Under the pieces are notes generated by a model. The model saw only the letters and a program-made list of their open reading frames with translations, ran no database searches and had not been told where the DNA came from. Made by a program: the position numbers and the translations under genes. Positions 54,161 through 64,000 of a stretch of 64,000 nucleotides of DNA are shown here, piece by piece. The DNA comes from Octopus sinensis. Its lineage: Eukaryota. Numbering within the stretch: the first letter of the stretch is position 1; each line of letters starts with the position of its first letter. The DNA is taken from positions 74,338,001-74,402,000 of the forward strand of contig NC_043003.1 of NCBI RefSeq assembly GCF_006345805.1, given 5' to 3'.

Positions 54161-54163
<3 letters not shown>
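53985..54163 (+). mobile_element. 3' tip of an R4-clade element (last codons + 3' UTR), ending in (TAA)n
   Basis: IQKIALQDIAYILRKTL and CACAGCACATACCCAAGG...GACTACTG(AAT)n match 53045-53207. Confidence 0.85.
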
Positions 54164-54253
<90 letters not shown>

Positions 54254-54287
54254 CATAATAATATTAACAACAACAACAACAACAAAA

Positions 54288-54838
54288 TATGCCCTGATGC
54301 AGTACCAGGCAGTGACTCTCATGACCTCTCTTCTGAACTGATTGGATGTGCTATCATGTACATTGTTTTTATCATGGTATAGAATATGGTCTACAACAAA
54401 TATTCCACTGAATATCATCGATTTGCTTATTAGTTGGCTGACCATAAGAATTAGAGCATGTCCCTTAATGTCTGAAGATATGTGCGTCTCAGATCACGAA
54501 CAGAAGTAGGGGGCGGGCATCATAGCCATGTGTTGATAGGAATCATTTTGGGGTGTGTATAATTCAACTTTGGAAACACGGCTGTTTTGTTCATCATCCT
54601 CAAACAGCCCTTATTCAGGAACTTGTTGAGCGGGATGGGCTCGTCGACCTGAAGAAAATTCTAACTGAACCTCACCTTCAAGAGCATGCGCTGTTTAGCT
54701 TGATATGATATCACCATGTCACGCATTTGTGGTTGTGATGCATGTGCTTGGTGTATCCTCATCAGACGGATGGTCATGATGGGCTTCGTATAATTTACGC
54801 CAGTGTTAATTTGATGGCATGCACTGCTCTTTTAGTCA
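54288..54838 (+). mobile_element. About 540-bp non-coding repeat (family E), most complete copy
   Basis: ATGCCCTGATGCAGTACCAGGCAGTG...GATGGCATGCACTGCTCT; preceded by (TAA)n(CAA)n and followed by CAATAATAA. Confidence 0.85.
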
Positions 54839-54847
54839 ATAATAACA

Positions 54848-55020
54848 TTTCAAAATTTAGGTCCAATGCAAGCAATTTTCAGAAGAGGATAAGTTGATTA
54901 CATCGATTCCTGCGATTAGCTGTTACTTTATTCATGGACCCGAACGGATGAAAGGCAAAGTCGATCTCAGCGGAACTTGAGCTTAGAACATAAGAGTAGG
55001 CGAAATTCCACTAGGCAACT
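54848..55020 (-). mobile_element. SINE family B partial copy
   Basis: GGATGAAAGGCAAAGTCGATCTCAGCGGAACTTGAGCTTAGAAC. Confidence 0.75.
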
Positions 55021-55964
55021 GGAATCAATATTTCTTCTTAGAATTAAGGGAGAACTGACTAAATTTTACTCTAAGTTTTGCTCAATATTTTGTGATATCA
55101 ATGATTCGGATCTCATAACTATATGACTCTTTTACGATTGTCAGATCGCCGCCTCAAATAAATACTCACACACACAAACAGGCACCCCGCCACACACACA
55201 CACATATATATACACACACACACATATAATATTGAGGTCATTTAATGTAAGTATCTTTTTCGCAACGAACCGACTTACAAAATGGCATCTTGGAAAATCT
55301 CAGGACGAAAATCAATGTGTTTGTTTTCACCTTGCACTTGGCGTACGCTATTCTTCATCCCGCTCAGATAAGTACTATTATAATACGCAACATTAGAATT
55401 TTCTAGAATAATTCTTCTCATTATAATCCAAGAAACTGGAACATGGCCTATGAAAAATGGGCGGCCATAATCGATCAGAGCTGTTACGGATTCTTTTCAC
55501 TGGCAGAAGAAACACAATTTCCATTTTCTGCATTAGATTGAACGTAAATTTATATTCAAAATAATTCCACTTCTACTAATCTCGTTTTTTTCTCTACACA
55601 ATTAACGAATATGAAAAACACCATAACGAGATATTTTCGTACATCTCCCGTAGCTTATGCTTTGCTTAAATATTTCCTGATATCTCTCTCCGGCTTCATA
55701 GAGCGTTACTGTCGTATAAGCAATTCTCAAGAGTTTCGTACATACAACTTTAAAAAAAAAACGAAATAGTCTTAAACGAACAATCAATATTTCACAAATG
55801 AATGCAAATTTAAGTTCTCCATAATTGATAACAGAATTTTTAATAAAAAACCTCATTTATCGTATAATTTATCGTGTCATAAACTCAAATTTTCAATTCC
55901 TTAAAGAAACAATACTAAGCAATAATCATTTTTCGCAACACGACTCTCTCACTTACAATTATGC

Positions 55965-56080
<116 letters not shown>

Positions 56081-56299
56081 GTTTATGAGAGGTAATGGTG
56101 TCATTGAGACCCAAAGGTATCAGGTAATGTTGAGTAAATGCTATGGATAGACCATAGTTAAGTTCCGGGTTCAGTGATTATGCGAATAAGTGGTTCAACG
56201 TCGGTCAAATATCAGCGTGTGTATATATATATATATTTTTTGTAATGAGATTGAAAATAACCCAAGATATGTAGATTTTAGAACATTTATATACAGAAT

Positions 56300-56347
56300 G
56301 TCTTACAACTGTTTCTAGGATATTTATCATATCCCTTCATCGGAGAC
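56300..56347 (-). ncRNA. Minimal hammerhead ribozyme motif in a (TA)n-flanked element (about 56240-56420)
   Basis: Minus strand gtct-CCGATGA-ag-ggatat-gataa-atatcc-ta-GAAA-cagttg-TA-agac. Stems I and II pair; core U4>C. Confidence 0.8.
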
Positions 56348-56482
56348 GGTATGTGCAGATGCTTAAGCAATAGTTAATTTAGATAAGATACTATTTCGTA
56401 TCTTATCTAAATTCGTATCTTTATATATATATATATATATATTATAATATATATATATATATATATAATATATATATATATA

Positions 56483-56532
<50 letters not shown>

Positions 56533-58188
56533 TGTGTGTTGTGTGTGTGTGTGTCTGTGTGTGTGTCTGTGTGTATGTGTGTGTGTATATATATATATAT
56601 ATACAAGTAATGAGTAACTACATGAGTAACTATATCGTTAGAAAATAGAAGGCAAAAAATACTGGTATGCCATTGAATTTCGAAACTGGTACCAGGTTGA
56701 CCAGCATTTACTTGTTCTGACCCAGTAGATATAAAACATTATTATTGTTATTCACTGATATATTTCCTATAATGTCTGTAATAGTTTTGTGACTATTCGG
56801 TGCTGTAGAAGTATTTTTTGAATTCTAATTTTTCGCGATATAGGTACACATGTAGTACCATTGGATATATATGTACATATCTAATATCGTAAGCATGTAT
56901 TTTATTAATTTGCCTATACGGTTGATAATTCGCTTACCACTCGTGATGGCGTTTTAATAATATCCTCCCTATATATATATATATATCTAAAGCGCCGGCT
57001 TTTGCAAAGATTCTGAGTTAGTCAGAGTTCTTTCCAAAGTGACCTTTGCCGAAGTAGATTTCGCAAAAGGGAGAATGAGTAATATACTCAAACTAGTAAG
57101 TAAAAAACGTGCTTAGAACAGATGCTAAAGTTTAGCAGCCTGTTATCGTCCTAACTTTGCATAGAGCAAAAGCAGGTAACAAATAAAGAGAATAACACGG
57201 ATCAAGTTCTATGAAGAAATATCTTGCCTACTCATAACCAGCATGATTTTCACATGGGAATTATCTACATCAAACAGCTTCTGCATCATCAAAGCGTTGA
57301 GTTAAAGCAAATACTAAAGTAGTCAAATGTGGCAGAAGTATGGTCTGACTTTGTGAAGCCAATTGACTAAGAGAAGCTATGAAACATAAGATAAACTGCG
57401 ATTTTTGGACCTAAATGTAAAACGTGGGAAATAGCATCACGTTTTCTTAAATGTTAGAGTTCTATCAAACAGCCGTGTGTACTTGTTTTAGATGGTTGCT
57501 TCCGAGAGACTGTGTATTTGAGTTTCCATTAGGGTGTGCGTGCGAGTATTTATGCGTGTATTCCTTTGCGGGCGCGACTTTCATATTGCTGTAAATTTTG
57601 TTGTGTATACAGTACAAATGCTTTTGCGGGGTATCATAATAAAAGCTCGTTCCAATTGATGCACTTCTTCTATGTCTTTTATTTATGTTTTACAAAGTTC
57701 CGTAAGCACATCCGTCTCTGTTGCAAAAATAACCACTAAGTATTTAATACGTACACACAAAGTGTAGATAGTCATTTATAACAAGAATCCTTTCTCCGAC
57801 AGGTATTAACATTACACGTAAGTGAATGTAAAATATGACCACAGATCTAAGACTAAAACGGTGCAATGTTCCTTCGTTATAACGGCACATTTCTGGACAG
57901 AGAACTAAGAAAGCAGCGACTACATTCAGTGTATTGACTTATGTTTCTATACTTACTACTTTGTATCTCTAAAACTCAATCTTACCTATCATTGATTTGG
58001 CATAGATTTCTTTCGAAGCCACAAATATTTATATCGATCAGAAAAAGTAAAGCTTATTCTCCAAATCTTGCTTCAGATTCTCCGAAATAATATAAAAGCT
58101 GTCTAAGTGTTACTAGATCAGTTCGACAGATTACCCACACTGTGCAACGTATACATTTAGAAAAGAAATTTTAATTCTGATGAGGTTC

Positions 58189-58240
<52 letters not shown>

Positions 58241-58433
58241 TATATAATTAGGGCTTAGTAAAATAAAATAAATTACTTTGCCACATACTGAACTTAGTAG
58301 AAATAGCAGCCCCCAAAAATTTTTCTTTGCATTTCTACTACTTAAAGAAAATTTCTCTCAGATAATGTTTACTCCAGACAGCTCACGAAGGTTTGGGGGT
58401 AAATACAGAAAAATATCACAAGTACATAGATCG

Positions 58434-58496
58434 TTTGAGTACGTCAACGTTTCAAGATTAGCCAAATAAAATCAGCATTTCTTTCGTCAGCTCAAA
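58434..58496 (-). ncRNA. Type-I hammerhead ribozyme, intact core
   Basis: Reverse complement of 58646-58708. Confidence 0.88.
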
Positions 58497-58645
58497 ATTT
58501 CTTAATTTGGATTTGGAAACACTAAAGAGAAGGAACTTTACCTATCAGCGAACTTGTCGCTTCAGATGAACCGACATCTGAAGCGACAAGTTCGCTGATA
58601 GGTAAAGTTCCTTCTTTTAGTGTTTCCAAATCCAAATTAAGAAAT

Positions 58646-58708
58646 TTTGAGCTGACGAAAGAAATGCTGATTTTATTTGGCTAATCTTGAAACGTTGACG
58701 TACTCAAA
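58646..58708 (+). ncRNA. Type-I hammerhead ribozyme, intact core
   Basis: tttgag-CTGACGA-aaga...tctt-GAAA-cgttgacg-TA-ctcaaa. Six-bp stem I, stem II aaga/tctt, short stem III, GUA cleavage triplet. Confidence 0.88.
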
Positions 58709-58999
58709 CGATCTATGTACTTGTGATATTTTTCTGTATTTACCCCCAAACCTTCGTGAGCTGTCTGGAGTAAACATTATCTGAGAGAAATTTTCTTTAA
58801 GTAGTAGAAATGCTAAGAAAAAATGTTTTTGGCTGCTATTTCTACTAAGTTCAGTATGTGGCAAAGTAATTTATTTTATTTTACTAAGCCCTAATTATAT
58901 AATGTAATATTTTGAATTCGCCTTAAATGGTCCTTTTACATACTGAACACTTGGTGAAATTGATTAATTAATTACTTTTACCCTCAATTGTTGATATAT

Positions 59000-59043
<44 letters not shown>

Positions 59044-59099
59044 TGTGTGTGTGTGTATACACATACATGAATATGTATAAGCATACACACATATATAGT

Positions 59100-60312
59100 T
59101 ATATTTATATAAGAAAATGGAGCAAAATATATAGTGGATACTAATTTTATTTGTATGACGATAAAAACATAGTAAATCATTTATTACAGTTAAAATTAGA
59201 AGGAATATAAATTGATGGAATAAAAGCGTAAAAAGTGCCTACACATGTTTCAATCTGATAATTCGATAAACAGAATTTCAGATCCGCAGGATTCAGACCA
59301 TGTTAAGAGTTTCAGATTGAAAAAAAAGGTTAAACAAATATCATTAGGGCTGTTTACTGCAAAAAGCTACTGCTTATATATATTTTCAAAGGAATTCGAA
59401 TTGGTTGGGAAAGCATACAGAATAAGATGGATGAGGGCTGCATATTGATATACCCATGTAATGTAAACATTAAGTTAATGATAAAGATGGGTAACAGGGG
59501 AGGCATTAGCAAGAAAAATCATGCTAAAAGACTATGAAGGATTCGAAAATTAGACGGTTATAGGTATTGGGGGTGATTATGTAATCAATTAAAAAGGGTA
59601 TAGTCCTTTAGTAGTAGTGAAGGACATTATGTAATTAGGATAAGATGTTGTGAAGACGTTAAGTATATAGAATAAATTAAAGAAAAGGTGAAGGGTAAGA
59701 AAATACAAATATAGAGGGGAATATATTTTATCTAGGGGGGAAAATAACGAAATGGAAATAAAATAGAGGGATATTATTTAATTGCATATAAATATAACTA
59801 TAAATTAGAGTGTTTGTCACTATATATTGCGAAAATTCTCTCAATATATCATCGATAAGAGTAGTTTCCCTAAAGAGAAACTTATATCCTCCAATATAAT
59901 ATAATTATATATAGATGTTTATTTACTTTGCCGGTTTCACTCTTTGGAAAAAGATTGTCAAAAGTAACATGTAGACGTATGTTTACGTTAATTATTGGTT
60001 GTTACAAATTGCTACATTACATATATACAGTCGTTGGTAACAAGGACATATTAAGGACATAAAAAAGTTTAACAAGTTCCTTAAAATATTGGGCACAAAA
60101 GATATGATTATTTATGTAGTAATCTTTTGTGCCCAATATTTTAAGGAACTTGTTAAACTTTTGTATGTCCTTAACATGTCCTTGTTACCAAAGACTGTAT
60201 ATATGTAATGTAGCAATTTGTAACAACCAATAATTAACGCAACCAAACTTCTACATGTTAATTTTGACAATATTTTTCCAAAGAGTGAAACCGGTAAAAT
60301 AGATAAACATCT
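59100..60312 (-). mobile_element. Penelope-type non-coding element with an eroded hammerhead (59235-59292) and a 5' fold-back palindrome (59913-60312)
   Basis: Minus strand CTGcGGA-tctga...tcagat-t-GAAA-catgtg-TA. Arms 59913-60103 and 60122-60312 with an 18-nt loop. TA/TG runs on both sides. Confidence 0.7.
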
Positions 60313-60353
60313 TTTAAATCTGCATTTTCAAACTTCTTTCGTATATATATATA

Positions 60354-60452
<99 letters not shown>

Positions 60453-60542
60453 TCATATATACATATATATATATATATTCATATAGAGAGATATACATAC
60501 ATATTTACATACATACCTACTACCCACATTCATAAATGTATA

Positions 60543-60582
<40 letters not shown>

Positions 60583-60708
60583 TAAATTAGAGACAAAACC
60601 ACTATTAGGCAAATCAAACAATGAAAAACTTAATCCAATACATAAGATTATTTAATTTATATTATTTAAATATATAACAAAATTATTAAAAAAATATAAT
60701 TAATATCA

Positions 60709-60772
60709 CACTACGATCGTTTCATGCCTGCTAACATCTTCAAATTTTTGAGTCGCAGTCATTCATCAGGTG
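60709..60772 (-). ncRNA. Minimal type-I hammerhead ribozyme, intact core, in a (TA)n-flanked element (about 60580-61145)
   Basis: Minus strand cac-CTGATGA-atg-actgc...gcag-g-cat-GAAA-cgatcg-TA-gtg, with palindromic stem III CGATCG. Confidence 0.85.
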
Positions 60773-60837
60773 GTTTAAATATCTGCTAACATCTTCAAAT
60801 TTTTGAGTCGCAGTCATTCATCACGTGGTTTAAATAT
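60728..60837. repeat. 55-bp tandem duplication
   Basis: CTGCTAACATCTTCAAATTTTTGAGTCGCAGTCATTCATCA[G/C]GTGGTTTAAATAT occurs twice. Confidence 0.95.
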
Positions 60838-61143
60838 ATTTACGTTGAGCTGGTAATATATATATACACACACAGAATTAAAAAGGATTGTAATAATAGA
60901 TTACGAAGGATATATCATAAACAATTCATGATTTATGAATATATTAAGGGCTAAATATGTATTCATAAATTACGTACAAAAAGATTGTTTATAATTATGA
61001 ATAAATCACAATTACAATGCAGAGCGTTACAGAAACCCTTACATGTTTAGAAATAGCAGTAAAAACCACTATAGACCACCATTAAACAAGAAACTCTTTC
61101 CGTTATAATTGTAATTTAGTCATAATTATAAACACTTTTCTTT

Positions 61144-61215
<72 letters not shown>

Positions 61216-61236
61216 TGTGTGTGTCTGTGTGTATGT

Positions 61237-61306
<70 letters not shown>

Positions 61307-61611
61307 ATATATATATAATATATATGTATCCAAGGCTGATTCTAAGTATCAATAATTGTATTTAGTAGCATCTCGCTTTCTTCCTACTTAAATAAAATGT
61401 ATTTATAATGAATTGCTTTATGCAAGAAAATTCCTTTATGACACAGCAAAAAGTACGTATTTAAATGCGCACGCACATTTTGTTTGCGTATATAACAAAT
61501 ACTGAGTGTGAAATGTTCTGAAAGTGTTTCACGTTTATGATTTTTATGGTGTTGTTGAGGGATAGGAAATGAATTTGATAATCAGTTTATGATGTATGCA
61601 AATTGGATCAT

Positions 61612-61975
61612 TTACTTTTTTTTCAGTCATTAGACTGTAGCCGTGCTTGGACACATCCTTGAACAATTCTAGTTAAACAGCTGAACTCCAGTACATTTTT
61701 CAAAAGCCTGGTACATATTTGATCGACCGCTTTGCCGATCTGCTAAGAGCGGAAATCTAACCACAAGACAGACGATTCTCGAGTGTCAGTGGGGAAAGAA
61801 CACGGTCACAAAGACACATGGATACGTTCGATTTGCTTCTTTGAGTTTCTGTCTGCCTAATTCACTAAGAAGGCTTTCGTCGATTCAAGGCTATAGGAAA
61901 TGTAGAGGACACTTGCCCAAAGTACCAGACAATGGGACTAAACGCAGAACTATGTGGTTGGAAAGTGAATTTCTT
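61612..61975 (-). mobile_element. SINE family C, decayed full-length copy
   Basis: Colinear with 30046-30428 (CAGTCATTAGACTGTAGCC...GACACTTGCCCAAAGTACC...TATGTGGTTGG). Confidence 0.8.
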
Positions 61976-62049
61976 TCGAGGAGATGAATCAATATAATCT
62001 TCCCAAAAGCAAATTTAAATATAACATTGGTTGATTTATATCCCCGATG

Positions 62050-62605
62050 ATCCACTAGCGGAAAATATATAATTAAGTAAATGTTAATTATCAGATGATA
62101 TCAAGTATTTAACAGATAGCCAATAATGAATTACCCTGAGATGATTATAACAGCAATCAGGTTTCCATCAAATCATACACTACATGCTCAGACAATAGAG
62201 ACTTAGATAATATAAGTCGGAATATTGAATCAGACTGTATTATCTAGGAAATTATGATGATGGAATATTATTATCAAGGATGGTATTAGGTAGAATATAT
62301 GACCAAAGAAATTATATTTACGATTTCATTAGTCACAGAGACAGTGAATTCGAATAAGGTGCTGTAAGGGTAATCTACAGTAAAATCCGCCAGTGCGACA
62401 AGCGTAGATGGTATTACTCTTACATTATAATACGATACAAAGTAAGTATTTGAAAGAGAATATTTTGCCATGTGATATTATTTCACCAGAAAGAATGATT
62501 GTAGAATAATTTGTTCATAAAATGAAAATCCGTTGCGCCGATTTTCACCGATAACTGTAATATAAGTAGATTTCTCTGCGCGCTGACCGGAAGAGTAATT
62601 CATAA
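62050..62605 (-). pseudogene. Putative decayed cadherin-repeat coding relic
   Basis: ITLPVSAQRNLLILQLSVKIGATD...KLFY/.ILSG, LFEFTVSVTN, TILDNNIP and ACSV*FDGNLIAVIIISG resemble two consecutive cadherin repeats (ATDxD, YxIxSG, VxVxD, DxNDNxP) across frameshifts. Confidence 0.35.
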
Positions 62606-63284
62606 TTGTCAAATATAATAATAGGTGTATAAAGTATACTGCTATATATTAGAATGATCTTGCTTCATATATCTATATTCAATTTTTAGCACGATAACGT
62701 CATGCGAATTCTTTATGCAGTATTTATTGACTTGATAATATCGCATGCAATGCTATATATATATATATGTTAACGTAAGATGAATAGTTTCACTCATTAT
62801 AAAAATGACAATATGAGAAAGATTAACTCGATGCTAACATAAAAAGATCTGATGCATTTCACTATCAAAAAGAGTTGGGATAGTTTATATTCGAAGAAGC
62901 TAAACAGTTTGCTTTTGTAATACGACGGATTTTGAGTGAGACATTTTAAAATATATAGAACGTTACATTAAAGATATTCATACTATTTAAAGTATGATGT
63001 CATCTTAAAGCGACATAGTGTTGGATTCCTGGTTGCTACAGCCTTCCAGTGAATATAAATATCCATGTGACTTACAATGAGTTTCCCCGAGGGAAGTAAC
63101 TCGTGTGCATAGAAACCACACAAGTATTTCTACACGGTCGCTCAATAGAATTTCTTTTAATTATGTCCTGGTGTGTTAAAATACGAAAATCGAGATTGAA
63201 AAGGATAGATGACGATATATATCGTCATGCTGGACCGTTGAACTCTGCGCATTATATTCTCTCATCATTTTCTCCTCTTAATCC

Positions 63285-63319
63285 CTTCTGTATAAGACCT
63301 ATGTTCGAAACGTAAAAGA
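63285..63319 (+). other. Eroded hammerhead-like motif just before (TA)n
   Basis: ctt-CTGtatA-agac-ctat-gttc-GAAA-cg-TA-aaag; the core is mutated. Confidence 0.4.
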
Positions 63320-63329
63320 CGTTTCCGTT

Positions 63330-63398
<69 letters not shown>

Positions 63399-63420
63399 AG
63401 TATAAATATATTTATATTAG

Positions 63421-64000
63421 CATTGAACAGGTATACATGGAGGCACAACTTGGTCCTTAAGGTTATCATCAATGCTATAAAGAACCAAATTCATGTCAAC
63501 AACACTGAGGAAAAACCGTTGAAGGTACCATCAAGAGATTTCATTACCTTCGTGCGACCAGGTCAGCGGATCCGTTTCAAGAAGAAGATCAAGAAACTTC
63601 CTGAGAGAAATGAAAAGTGGAACGGCTATTGGGAGGAAACTGCAGATTTTTCTGGGTGCCAGGTTTTCTTTCCAATCCCAGTTACGAAAAAAACACATAT
63701 TTTGATGTGGTGTGAAAGAAAGAAAGTTGTAAATATAGTCGAGCTAACGGTTCCTCATGAAGATAATATGGACGCCGCTCGGGCTCGAAAATTGAACCGT
63801 TATGTAAACCTCATCGAGGAAAGGAATGTGAAGACACAGGCTGGAAAACTGAACATTTTCCTATCGAAGTCGGTTGTAGAGGGTTTGTTGGACACAGCGT
63901 AAGACGACTGGTGTTATCGCTAGGCCTAAGTCATCGTAAAGTCAATACCACCATGACTGATATCCAATCTACAGTGGAGAAGGCTAGACACTGGATTTAG
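63421..64000 (+). mobile_element. Hero-like RLE non-LTR retrotransposon, 5'-truncated endonuclease region running off the window
   Basis: RYTWRHNLVL, FVRPG, VELTVPHEDNMDAARARKLNRY; after a frameshift, GWKTEHFPIEVGCRGFVG...VEKARHWI. Confidence 0.9.

Larger units (their letters stand above)
58232..58994. mobile_element. Fold-back Penelope-type non-coding element: about 337-bp near-perfect palindrome arms plus a right-hand tail, within (TA)n
   Basis: Arms 58232-58568 and 58575-58910 with a 6-nt loop AACCGA. The mirror ORFs 58278(+) and 58864(-) reflect the symmetry. Confidence 0.9.

Noticed and set aside
58172-58192. Lone CTGATGA hits (also near 9645, 10641, 24544 and 25753)
   Set aside because: No stem II/GAAA partner follows, so these are not counted as hammerheads.
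58278-58864. Two near-identical 63-aa ORFs on opposite strands
   Set aside because: A consequence of the palindrome; non-ATG starts and no protein motif.

Overview
AT-rich, microsatellite-dense eukaryotic genomic DNA. The SINE and LINE repertoire resembles coleoid cephalopod (Octopus-like) DNA; this is an inference from repeat families, not a database match. I found no intact host gene and no CRISPR array. Most listed ORFs are microsatellite artefacts. The window is a transposon graveyard: a near-full-length R4/Dong-clade RLE retrotransposon (about 47.7-51.7 kb) with four more same-strand R4 fragments, each abutting (TAA)n; a GC-rich CR1-group LINE; RTE, Hero, Gypsy, mariner, pogo/Tigger and probable P-element relics; three tRNA-type SINE families; and two putative decayed host-gene copies (GT61 glycosyltransferase-like, cadherin-like). 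The most striking signal is not explained by any ORF. About seven unrelated short non-coding elements carry minimal type-I hammerhead ribozyme cores (CUGANGA...GAAA...UH). Most sit next to (TA)n, and several are folded back head-to-head into palindromes, which is the signature of Penelope-like mobilisation. One of them is a tRNA-headed SINE with internal (TAA)n and a hammerhead. All coordinates and translations were read by eye; element ends are approximate.
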